Below, one piece after another: positions 36,020-47,165 of a stretch of 64,000 nt of DNA; position 1 is the stretch's first letter; each line of letters opens with the position of its first letter. The DNA lies in NCBI RefSeq assembly GCF_001194135.2, contig NC_069004.1:8564811-8628810 (forward strand), read 5' to 3'. The notes below the pieces were generated by a model. It ran no database searches. It was not told where the DNA came from and saw nothing but the letters and a program-made list of their open reading frames with translations. The position numbers and the translations under genes are program-made. Origin of the DNA: Octopus bimaculoides (lineage: Eukaryota).

Positions 36020-36185
36020 TGACTTGTAGATTATTTACATTAGTTACGTTTCGAAATTTGCCCAAGATACCAGAGGAAGGCTGGAGGGTACATCAGCAGA
36101 AACGTGTTAACAACAAAGATGAAGACAAATATCCGTCAAATGTAAATAAACTACATAATTCCTCATATCTTAAATATAGAAATGT
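36020..36185 (+). mobile_element. Probable PLE/retrozyme-derived relic with a decayed hammerhead-like motif (36071-36106)
   Basis: CAGAGGA-A-GGCTG-GAGGGTACAT-CAGCA-GAAA-CGT has hammerhead geometry but a mutated CUGANGA box and stem II base. Confidence 0.4.
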
Positions 36186-36408
36186 TATGATTTATTATGA
36201 ACATCTGACAAGTTCTTATTTTTGTTGTAGTTTTACGTACAAGATGGTGACCCCCCCCCTTCTCTCATGCAATTGTAAAATTGTAGGTTGTCACATACTG
36301 ACATCACTACAATGGTATCGATTTAACCCTTCATCCACTGCACACAAAATCGCTGGTCTTGTGCCTGAATCAGAGACCATTATGATCTTGCATTGTAAAT
36401 CTTACGTC

Positions 36409-36469
36409 AGCAGAGTGACGCAGTGTGATCCTGCTGGTCCCATAACCCAGAGGTTCGTAGATCGAAACT
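36409..36469 (+). pseudogene. tRNA-iMet pseudogene, copy 5, 3'-truncated and fused to a mariner ORF
   Basis: AGCAGAGTGACGCAGTGTGATCCTGCTGGTCCCATAACCCAGAGGTTCGTAGATCGAAACT followed directly by CTTTCTAAC-ATG. Confidence 0.85.
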
Positions 36470-36478
36470 CTTTCTAAC

Positions 36479-37160
36479 ATGGAAATATCCAAAGAGCATT
36501 TAAGGCACATAATGCTTTATGAGTACAAAAAAGGAAACTCTGCAGCCGAAGCGACTCGAAACATACACTCAGTTTATGGGAAAGAAGGCTTGAATGAAAG
36601 AACTTGCAGAAGATGGTTTGCAAAATTCAAAAGTGGAGATTTCCGCCTTGAAGATGAAGATCGAACAGGACGTCCAGTTGAGTTTGATGATAAGCTCCTT
36701 AAAGCATTACTTTAAGAAAATCCTGCATTATCAGTTGAAGAATTGACAATAAAGCTTAGTTCAAACCATACAACTGTTCATCGTCATCTTCAGCAACTTG
36801 GAAAGGTTCCTAAACTTGGAAAATGTGTGCCTCATGAATTGTACGAAAGCAACCACAAATCCTGAGTTGACATCTGCTCTTCTCTCCATTCTCGCGAACT
36901 CATTTCACCCTTTTTGGATAGAGTTGTGACTGGTGACGAAAAATGGATCTTCTATCAAAATGTTAAACGTCGTAAACAGTGGCTTGGTAAAAGGGTAAAA
37001 GCTCAACCACAACCGAGAAGGGAACTTCATGGGAAAAATGTTTTCTCCATCTGGTGGGATTGCAAAGGAGTAATTCACTTTGAATTGTTACCAACTAATG
37101 CAACAATCAATGCTCAAGTCTACTGTCAGCAATTACAGCGTTTGAACCAAGCTTTGAAGA
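36479..37160 (+). pseudogene. Mariner (DD34D-type) transposase pseudogene; runs into gap 37161-37854
   Basis: MEISKEHLRHIMLYEYKKG...CRRWFAKFKSGDFRLEDEDRTGRP (HTH), CVPHEL (WVPHEL motif), VTGDEKWIFY, SIWWDCKGVIHFELL. Two in-frame stops: TAA at 36713-36715 and a TGA near 36863. Confidence 0.93.
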
Positions 37161-38029
37161 NNNNNNNNNNNNNNNNNNNNNNNNNNNNNNNNNNNNNNNN
37201 NNNNNNNNNNNNNNNNNNNNNNNNNNNNNNNNNNNNNNNNNNNNNNNNNNNNNNNNNNNNNNNNNNNNNNNNNNNNNNNNNNNNNNNNNNNNNNNNNNNN
37301 NNNNNNNNNNNNNNNNNNNNNNNNNNNNNNNNNNNNNNNNNNNNNNNNNNNNNNNNNNNNNNNNNNNNNNNNNNNNNNNNNNNNNNNNNNNNNNNNNNNN
37401 NNNNNNNNNNNNNNNNNNNNNNNNNNNNNNNNNNNNNNNNNNNNNNNNNNNNNNNNNNNNNNNNNNNNNNNNNNNNNNNNNNNNNNNNNNNNNNNNNNNN
37501 NNNNNNNNNNNNNNNNNNNNNNNNNNNNNNNNNNNNNNNNNNNNNNNNNNNNNNNNNNNNNNNNNNNNNNNNNNNNNNNNNNNNNNNNNNNNNNNNNNNN
37601 NNNNNNNNNNNNNNNNNNNNNNNNNNNNNNNNNNNNNNNNNNNNNNNNNNNNNNNNNNNNNNNNNNNNNNNNNNNNNNNNNNNNNNNNNNNNNNNNNNNN
37701 NNNNNNNNNNNNNNNNNNNNNNNNNNNNNNNNNNNNNNNNNNNNNNNNNNNNNNNNNNNNNNNNNNNNNNNNNNNNNNNNNNNNNNNNNNNNNNNNNNNN
37801 NNNNNNNNNNNNNNNNNNNNNNNNNNNNNNNNNNNNNNNNNNNNNNNNNNNNNNGAGTTGATAGAATCGATTTTAGTATTAAAATTTTTGACCCCGGAGG
37901 AATGAAAGGTAAAGTTGGTATCGGTAGGATTTGAATTTAGACTATAAGTCGGAAGAAATATCGTATGGCAATTTGTCCAACATGTAATAAATCTGCAAAA
38001 AAAAAACCAAAAAAAAAAACATGAATCCA

Positions 38030-38092
38030 AGCCGACCGTAGTTACGATCTATAGATTTCAGGGACCATCTTACTCCACTTCACCACTCTGCT
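38030..38092 (-). pseudogene. tRNA-iMet pseudogene, copy 6 (inverted; paralog of copy 3)
   Basis: AGCAGAGTGGTGAAGTGGAG...TAGATCGTAACTACGGTCGGCT; flanks match copy 3. Confidence 0.75.
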
Positions 38093-38665
38093 AACGTACA
38101 GGCCATCGGGAACTTGTCATTTCTGGACAAGATACAAGGCAATATCATAATGGCTCCTGATTTACGTTCCTTGTTCTATTTCCACCGTTATCAGCTTTAC
38201 GTCTCAATACTCCGGGGTCGATAAAGTGAAGTGCCAATTTAGTACTTGGATCGATTGCATTAACTCACCCTTCTATAGGCTTTGTACTTTGATACGGAAA
38301 CAATTATTTATATTTCTGTTTTTATATTTTGTTGTATAACGGGAGGGTCGTCATGTCAATATTTAAAGATCCGCACTGATTCTAGTCACTTGTTTTATTG
38401 CTGTTGTTATTATTATGATAATTTGAATTGAAATATGCCGGCTGCTTGTGTATTATCGATAGTGTTCAAATAACTTCGATCAACTAATCCTACAGCAGTT
38501 CTCTCCTCTATTGTATTTTTAGATTATAAACTGACACAGCGAAAATTTTAGTCTATTCATTCCCGTTTGTTTCAGAATCGATCGATCATACTGAACTCAG
38601 CACATCAGGGATATGACTGTGTGGCTTATGCAAGAAATCGTTATTATGTGGTAGCGAAGCCAGTC

Positions 38666-38737
38666 AGCAGAGTGGCGCAGTGGAAGCGTGCTGGGCCCAT
38701 AACCCAGAGGTCCGTAGATCGAAACTACGCTCTGCTA
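38666..38737 (+). tRNA. tRNA-iMet(CAT), intact copy 7
   Basis: Identical to copy 1. Confidence 0.97.
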
Positions 38738-38968
38738 AGGGGACTGTTTTTCTCGTTTTTTGTTGTTGTTGTTTTTTTTCGCTTTTTCTTTTTTTCAGCT
38801 CTTTACCTTCTGACTTGAAATACTGCCGTGGACGACTTTGCTTGTTTTCCTTGTTCAAATCCCACCTTTATCAACTTTACGTTTCAATCCTCCGGAGTCG
38901 ATAAAATTTAGTACCAGTTTAGTAGTTGGGTCGACTATATCAACTCATCTCTTCCATAGGCTTTATAT

Positions 38969-39011
38969 CTGGCAGGCGTAAAGTGGATCGAATCCACTTC
39001 ACGCCTGCCAG
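38969..39011. other. GC-rich 43-bp hairpin insertion (19/20 bp, 3-nt loop)
   Basis: CTGGCAGGCGTAAAGTGGAT-CGA-ATCCACTTCACGCCTGCCAG; absent from the paralogous flanks at about 34790 and 38280. Confidence 0.85.
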
Positions 39012-39369
39012 GTTCCTATATCTCTGTTTTTATATTTTGTTGTATCACGGGAGGGTCGTCATGTCAATGTTCAAACACCCACACTGATTCCATTCACTTA
39101 TTTTATTGCTGTTATTACTATGATAATTCGACTTGAAATATGCCGGTTGCTTGTGTATTATCGATAGTGTTCAAATAACTTCGATCAACTAATCCTACAG
39201 CAGTTCTCTCCTTTGTTGTATTTTAGATTGTAAACTGACACAGCGGAAGTTTTTGTCTGTTCATTCATGTTCGCTTCACAACCGAGCGATCACATTGAAC
39301 TCACCACATGGCGGATATGGCTTTGTGACTTAGGGAAGAAATAGTTATTATGGTGAAACGAAAACAGTC

Positions 39370-39441
39370 AGCAGAGTGGCGCAGTGGAAGCGTGCTGGGC
39401 CCATAACCCAGAGGTCCGTAGATCGAAACTACGCTCTGCTA
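39370..39441 (+). tRNA. tRNA-iMet(CAT), intact copy 8
   Basis: Identical to copy 1. Confidence 0.97.
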
Positions 39442-39677
39442 GGTAGCCATTTTGTTCGTTTTTTCTTAAAATTATTATTTTTTTTTGTCTTCTTTCAGCC
39501 CTTTACCTTCTTAGTTGTTTTTCGTCGTCGATAAAATAAAGTAAAATTCAAGTATAGGGGTCAGTGGTATCGACTTACCCCCTCACCCACTCCCCACAAA
39601 ATTGCTGGCGTTGTGCCTATGATGTAGCCTTGTATCTCATGCAAGAAATCATTTCTATCTCTAATCAGCCGAACTTC

Positions 39678-39741
39678 TGCAGAGTGGCGCAGTGGGCGCG
39701 TGTTGAGCCTATAACCCAGAGATCGAAACTACTCTCTGCTG
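39678..39741 (+). pseudogene. tRNA-iMet pseudogene, copy 9 (anticodon CAT to TAT, 8-nt deletion)
   Basis: TGCAGAGTGGCGCAGTGGGCGCGTGTTGAGCCTATAACCCAGAG-ATCGAAACTACTCTCTGCTG; flanks match copy 2. Confidence 0.85.
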
Positions 39742-40189
39742 AGCAGTTTTAGTTTTTTGGCAAATTTATTTGGGCGTCGGACAAATGCTTAATGGCCGTT
39801 CTTCCATCTCTTTACCATCTAAGCTCAAATCCCACCATGATCGACTTTACTTCTCGTCCCTTTAACAACGATATAATAAAGTAAGAGTCACGTATTGGAG
39901 TCAATGGTATGTTTCATGCCAAAATTCCACACACTACATTTTCCCTACACCTTCTCCGCATACACATATCTTCTCAAGCTGCTTGTTGTCCACTTTTAAC
40001 ATTGGGCTGTTACAATAAGGCTCTCTAATAATAACAACAATACAAGAAGTGAATAGAATCAGTGGTTGTGTTTATCAGTGGCATGATGACCCACCCGAGA
40101 TACGACAAAATATGTTTCAACACACGAGTTCACATTAAACCAAATATTAAAACAGAAACAATGATAGGTAAAGTCGATCTCATTTCTTA

Positions 40190-40555
40190 TTTCTTTATTG
40201 CCTACAAGGGGCTAAACATAGAGGGGACAAACAAGGACAGACAAACGGATTAATCGATTACATCGACCCCAGTGTGTAACTGGTACTTAATTTATCGACC
40301 CTGAAAGGATGAAAGGCAAAGTCGACCTCAGCGGAATTTGAACTCAGAACGTAACGGCAGACGAAATACCGCTAAGCATTTCGCCCGGTGTGCTAACGTT
40401 TTTTATTTCTTTATTGCCCACAAGGAGCTAAACATAGAGGGGTCAAAGAAGGACAGACAAAAGGGATTAAGTCGATTACATCGACTCCAGTGTGTAACTG
40501 GTACTTAATTTATCGACCCCGAAAGGATGAAAGGCTAACGTTTCTGCCAGCACGC
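40190..40555 (-). mobile_element. Two tandem family C SINE copies
   Basis: GGGG(A/T)CAAA...GGACAGACAAA...GATTAA...GTAACTGGTACTTAATTTATCGACCC occurs twice. Confidence 0.85.
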
Positions 40556-40662
40556 AGGTAAAGTCGATCTTGGGGCCGGATTTGAACGCAGAAGGGAAAG
40601 TGGCAAAAGAATTGCCATGAAGCATTTATTTGACACACACAAAATAAATAAATGAAGCTAGT

Positions 40663-40691
40663 TAGCAGAACTTCTACTGCGCCACTCTACT
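40663..40691 (-). pseudogene. Collapsed 29-nt tRNA-iMet remnant, copy 10, with its inverted upstream flank (40692-40930)
   Basis: Minus strand AGTAGAGTGGCGCAGTAGAAG-TTCTGCTA; the upstream 240 bp matches the flanks of the intact copies. Confidence 0.75.
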
Positions 40692-43666
40692 GGCTAGTTG
40701 GGCTGCCACACAATAATGATTTCTTGCATAAGCCACAAAGACATCTCCGTGATGTGGTGAGTTCAATGTGATCGATCGATTGGGAAACAAACAGGAATGA
40801 ATAGACTAAAACTTCCGCTGTGTCAGTTTATAATCTAAAAATACCACAAACAGAGGTGAGAACGACTGTAGGATTAGCTTATCGAAGTTATTGATCATTA
40901 TCGATAATACACAAGCAACGGGCATACTTCATTGTGATTTGTCTTAAGTATATAGTATATGACTCAGCTCGCATAGACTGGTATACAGACTGATATACAT
41001 ACATATATATACATACATACATACATACATACATGCATGCACACGTGTGTATGCATGTACGTATGTACATACGTACATAGGTATATGTGTGTGTGTGTGT
41101 GTGTTTTAAATGCTTTCACATACGCAACATTCATTCCATCATTTTACTGACATTCCTTCTCAAACACGGAATTCATTTTCCTGTTTTGATTCGCTCCCAC
41201 CTTCCTATTCCCACGTGGCCNNNNNNNNNNNNNNNNNNNNNNNNNNNNNNNNNNNNNNNNNNNNNNNNNNNNNNNNNNNNNNNNNNNNNNNNNNNNNNNN
41301 NNNNNNNNNNNNNNNNNNNNNNNNNNNNNNNNNNNNNNNNNNNNNNNNNNNNNNNNNNNNNNNNNNNNNNNNNNNNNNNNNNNNNNNNNNNNNNNNNNNN
41401 NNNNNNNNNNNNNNNNNNNNNNNNNNNNNNNNNNNNNNNNNNNNNNNNNNNNNNNNNNNNNNNNNNNNNNNNNNNNNNNNNNNNNNNNNNNNNNNNNNNN
41501 NNNNNNNNNNNNNNNNNNNNNNNNNNNNNNNNNNNNNNNNNNNNNNNNNNNNNNNNNNNNNNNNNNNNNNNNNNNNNNNNNNNNNNNNNNNNNNNNNNNN
41601 NNNNNNNNNNNNNNNNNNNNNNNNNNNNNNNNNNNNNNNNNNNNNNNNNNNNNNNNNNNNNNNNNNNNNNNNNNNNNNNNNNNNNNNNNNNNNNNNNNNN
41701 NNNNNNNNNNNNNNNNNNNNNNNNNNNNNNNNNNNNNNNNNNNNNNNNNNNNNNNNNNNNNNNNNNNNNNNNNNNNNNNNNNNNNNNNNNNNNNNNNNNN
41801 NNNNNNNNNNNNNNNNNNNNNNNNNNNNNNNNNNNNNNNNNNNNNNNNNNNNNNNNNNNNNNNNNNNNNNNNNNNNNNNNNNNNNNNNNNNNNNNNNNNN
41901 NNNNNNNNNNNNNNNNNNNNNNNNNNNNNNNNNNNNNNNNNNNNNNNNNNNNNNNNNNNNNNNNNNNNNNNNNNNNNNNNNNNNNNNNNNNNNNNNNNNN
42001 NNNNNNNNNNNNNNNNNNNNNNNNNNNNNNNNNNNNNNNNNNNNNNNNNNNNNNNNNNNNNNNNNNNNNNATATATATATGTGTGTGTGTGTGTTTCTGT
42101 GTTTGTACTCCCCGCCCCCATCGCTTGACAACCAATGTTGGTGTATTTACGTCCCTGAAAACTAGCGGTTCGGCAAAAGAGACCGATAGAATAATTACTA
42201 GGCTTACAAAGAATAAGTCCTGGGGTCGATTTCTTCGATCAAAACCCTTTAAGGCGGTGCTCCAGCATGGCTGCAATCAAATGACTGAAACGCATAAAAG
42301 AATAAATGAGTATGTAAGACCTCCCTCGGTTTGTGTTTGATATGTGGAACAGTCCTTTGACGTGTTTTATTTGGGCCATTTTGATGATGTTAAAAATCGA
42401 CATAACAGTATCACTTCTCTCTTTTTCTCTCACTTCCTGTCTCTCTATATATGCATATGTATCAAAACAGGAGACTGGTAAAAAGTTTTGATAGTCTTTA
42501 TTCACCATTACACATGTTTCATTTGCTAATAGGAATTACGAAATTGTAACTGGAGGAGAAACATGTAAGATATCTCCTATTAGAAATTCTTCAGACAGAG
42601 AATCAAATCATGCAAAATGTACATTTGGATGAAGCGTTTATATATAGCTTATAGAACATCTACAAACGGATTTGGAATACTGGAATAAGAATATCTGCTT
42701 CAAGAAGACACAGCTTGGATTTTAACCCAATCTGTTTAATATACATGTATGTATGTACGTACGTGTGTGTGTCAATCAGTCTTAGTCTTGCCAGTTAAGG
42801 AGCGTAGGCTTTGTTGAAGAAGACTAATAAACCCCCCTAATACCCGTTACTTTTCTCAGTTGGCTCTACAGACCGAAACGCCTAGCCCATATTAAACCAA
42901 AAATTTCGATTAACTGATCTCAAGAAGGTTATCTCCCCTGAGGTTTTATTATATTTTTTTTGTCTTAAACATTTCTTGGGGGAATTTTTGTCTACTACTG
43001 CTTGGATAATTTTAGTTGCTCTGAGTTTCTGATTTGTTTAGACTCTGCGAAAAATGCATTTGCACAGCAAAAAACAGTTTTAAGCCATCTAAATATTAAC
43101 ATTTTATTATTTTTATTTCGAGAGTCATTAGTATTAAAGTTGTTTAATATGTTTTTGCTGCAGATGGCTCTATAGGAATTTAACTCGTCAAAGTACAGTT
43201 ATGACGTGTTATATAATATAGACAGACGGGCACTTTCTATACAGAATAGTTTTGAAAAAAAAAAATAATAAAACATCAAAACTCAGCTTGAACGGGTAGA
43301 ATTTATGATCCAGTTAGAGCCAATTCCCCTTCGTCGCTCCAAATCGTCTGCAAGTATATTTTACTAAATCAATAAATAACTTATATAATGCAGTGTAGAT
43401 GAATACCCTCTTTCTCCTTGTTAACGATGCATTCCATGTGTACTTTTAACTGGACTAGTTTTTTGTTATTGTTTTTAATATCGAGAGTTGCTTTTTATTT
43501 TTATATATAAATAGTTGATTTACAAGGCTCAAAATATTTTCTTTTGATGAGTAAATATTAGACTTTACTTCAAATATATCGGATTATTTTGTTGTATATG
43601 TCATCATGATAGCAGCCATTAACATCATCATTAACACCATCAGAAGGTGGGGGGAGTTAATATTAC

Positions 43667-43943
43667 CGCGGAGTTAGAATATTTAGGTCTGTGTGATTTC
43701 ATAACCTGGTGTAAACAGTTTCACTCCTACTACCATTGCTTTTACAACTGTGACTAATACCCCCGCCACTTGTTCCTTACCCCCACCAAAAAAAACATGA
43801 AAATACTCGCGGAGTTAGAATATTCACGTATCTGTGATTTCATAACCTGGTGTAAACAGTTTCACTCCTACCACCACTGCTTTAACAACTGTGACCACTA
43901 CCCCGCAACACCACTACCGCCACCACTTATTCCTTACCCCCAC
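43667..43943. repeat. Tandem repeat, period 141 bp, running into gap 43944-44470
   Basis: CGCGGAGTTAGAATATT...GATTTCATAACCTGGTGTAAACAGTTTCACTCCTAC at 43667 and 43808. Confidence 0.85.
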
Positions 43944-45281
43944 NNNNNNNNNNNNNNNNNNNNNNNNNNNNNNNNNNNNNNNNNNNNNNNNNNNNNNNNN
44001 NNNNNNNNNNNNNNNNNNNNNNNNNNNNNNNNNNNNNNNNNNNNNNNNNNNNNNNNNNNNNNNNNNNNNNNNNNNNNNNNNNNNNNNNNNNNNNNNNNNN
44101 NNNNNNNNNNNNNNNNNNNNNNNNNNNNNNNNNNNNNNNNNNNNNNNNNNNNNNNNNNNNNNNNNNNNNNNNNNNNNNNNNNNNNNNNNNNNNNNNNNNN
44201 NNNNNNNNNNNNNNNNNNNNNNNNNNNNNNNNNNNNNNNNNNNNNNNNNNNNNNNNNNNNNNNNNNNNNNNNNNNNNNNNNNNNNNNNNNNNNNNNNNNN
44301 NNNNNNNNNNNNNNNNNNNNNNNNNNNNNNNNNNNNNNNNNNNNNNNNNNNNNNNNNNNNNNNNNNNNNNNNNNNNNNNNNNNNNNNNNNNNNNNNNNNN
44401 NNNNNNNNNNNNNNNNNNNNNNNNNNNNNNNNNNNNNNNNNNNNNNNNNNNNNNNNNNNNNNNNNNNNNNNATACTCATATATTTATTTATATATATATG
44501 TGTGTGTGTATATGTTTGTGTGTCTGTGTTTGTGCCACCAGCATCGCTTGACAACCGATGCTGGTGTGTTTACGTCCCCCGTAACTTAGCGGTTCGGCAA
44601 AAAGAGACCGATAGAATAAGTACTAGGCTTACAAAAGAATAAGTCCCTGGGTCGATTTGCTCGACTAAAAGGCGGTGCTCCAGCATGGCCGCAGTCAAAT
44701 GACTGAAACAAGTAAAAGTAAAAGAGTAAATCTTGCAAAAGAAAAACAAATTATAACAACACCAACAACTCTTGTTTTTATTCATCTAAATAATTCTAAA
44801 AATGTTTATTTTTATACATTCTGGAACTAAATTAAAATGTTAAAAATATCACCAAATTTATCGGGAATAATAGTATTAGAAAATACTAAAAATTCGTTTT
44901 GAGTATGATTAATCTGCATGTGTTATTGTTTTGAATATAAAATCTTAGTGTGACATCTTTAGTGAATCAATTTACTTAGTATTTCCTAATTGGGAGGCCC
45001 ATCGAGAGTCGTTTCAGCCGTGACCATCCTGTCATATATTTTGGACGGTGGAGCTGGACGACAGTCACCCCTACCCCACAAAAACCGAGCTCCATCTTTT
45101 GGGCTACCTTGTTCGATGTGTCCTCACTTCGTTGTTTTGTTTTCAAAGACAGTAGGGTATATCATGATGGAGATTTGATTGCTATTTCTAGCAGGTTGAG
45201 TTACCCCTTAAACATTTCTTTTCCTTGTTGCTCATTCTCTATCAATGCTTATGTGTCTGTCATTCAATGGGTTAAACGGAT

Positions 45282-45318
<37 letters not shown>

Positions 45319-46529
45319 GGGACAAAATCCCAAATTACAGGTAAAGACTCAAAATCAATTTATAAAAAATTAAAATAAGCTTTACAGAGTAAAATATATA
45401 TAAATATATAGTTTTAGGGAGAAGAACCAAGGTTAAAACTATATATATATATATATATATGTGGGTTTGGTGATGCAGTCAGGAAAATAGAACACACACG
45501 CACACAGTCATATGTGTCTGTGGATGCATGTAAGTATTTATCTATCAATGGGGCACTTGTTAATCCCCTCCTAATTGTTGTGTTTTAGTTAACTCTGTGG
45601 GCATGTTAGCTTTAATTTCTACCTAACAACAACGACGACAATGTTGTATATGGATATTTATGTTGATCTGTTTATTTATATTTTTGTATACACTGACATC
45701 AAAACATGCAAATACATCCTTCCAGTTAAAAAAAAGAGAGTAGTGCAGTTAAAGAAAGATAACTCGACTTAAATACTATTGGCTGCAGAAAGGTGACATG
45801 CACTTCTTCATATATGTTCAGTATCACAAATAAGTAATACGAGATGATACATTGCTTAAAAAGTTTGGCTGATTATTATGTAGATTAGCCCTTATATGTT
45901 TGTGTTGTGTCCTGGTGTAGAAAGGTAACATAATTTATGTTGAGTCATAAATATTAAATCATATGTGATAATAGTTTACTTTGCAAGTTCAAGAAGTTTA
46001 GTCGTTTATTTTGGAGATTAACTCTTATATATATATATATGTACCGGTGTAAGGATTTCAAGCTATCTCCCGGTAGACTGAAATTGATATTCAAATTACC
46101 GGGGGTGAGGGGCTGACCTGAAACCGATTTCAAATTACCCCCGCGCTGTACACATAACCCCACTCAATGATTTTGCTAATATAATAAATTCTAAGACTTA
46201 CAACTACTGATACTCTTATAACATTAAACACGGATTATATTCGAGATTGTTATGGAAATAAGATAAACATATTAGATTCTTATGATGCCCCCGAAAAAAA
46301 AAAAACATATCGAATATCAGAGATTCTTCGTTTTTTTTTTTTTTTAATAAGAACATTATATTTTTTGTTTATGAAAAAGGGATTTGGATTAGAATACTTT
46401 TTTTTTCTGTAGATATGTAACAGATGGATGTTGTTTCTAGTGGACTTAGTTGAGTTGACAGAATATAACGATAAGAAATTGATTTGAAGAACGATATGTA
46501 TTTTATATATAAACCGAAATTTATTTACA

Positions 46530-46771
46530 CACTTTAAATTGGTGGTAAATTTTTTTGCCACAAACGTCTGCAACAGTGTAACAACCTGTGCGGCGTTCCA
46601 TAAAATGTCCTCTCGAATTAGGTCTTTGAGAAGAACTTTATTTCTAATATTGAACTGCTGTTGCTCGTGTTTTTTTGTTATTGTATTGTTCTTTTTGAAC
46701 GGACTGAGCTATTGTAATAATACTAAAAGCAGCCATTCTGGATGTGCTTCTTTCAAACTTCTTCAGCTCAA
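46530..46771 (+). other. Putative non-coding first exon of CLPX (start approximate)
   Basis: CpG-containing island in AT-rich DNA ending in a donor-like AA|GTAACA. The next exon (49474-49651) has a clear acceptor upstream of the ATG, so an upstream exon is required. This assignment is an inference. Confidence 0.4.
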
Positions 46772-46942
46772 GTAACAAAATGAAATCTCTGACTTTCTCT
46801 TTCATATACAAATGTACATCACGCATACACACACATAATAAACACCAACACATACATTTAATGGGTGAACCCATTATCTCCCTTGATGCAAACTTGAAAT
46901 TATTGATTATACATTTTTTTTAGTAATTATATTTGTAAGTTA

Positions 46943-47165
46943 GGGCGGCGAGCTGGTAGAATCGTTAGCATGCCGGGCGAAATGCTTAGCGGTATTTCGT
47001 CTGCTGTTACGTTCTGAGTTCAAATTCCGCCGAGGAATTTCATCCTTTCTGGTTCGATTAAATAAGTACCAGTTACGCACTGCGGTCGATGTAATTGACT
47101 TAATCCCTTTGTCTGTCCTTGTTTGTCCCTTCTATGTTTAACCCCCCTGTGGGCAATAAAGAAAT
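46943..47165 (+). mobile_element. SINE (family C)
   Basis: GGCGGCGAGCTGGTAGAATCGTTAGC head; matches 31373-31595. Confidence 0.85.

Noticed and set aside
33462-40930. Regularly recurring repeats as a CRISPR-like array
   Set aside because: The units are tRNA genes with homologous flanks in a eukaryotic genome; there are no unique spacers and no cas genes.
42830-42900. GACCGAAACG resembling a PLE hammerhead 3' half
   Set aside because: No CUGANGA box upstream.
46539-46775. ORF MSSRIRSLRRTLF... as the CLPX N-terminus
   Set aside because: Its plausible donors are phase 2, but exon 50349 needs phase 1. Exon 49543-49651 fits the phase with a good GTATGT donor, so this ORF was kept only as a candidate uORF.
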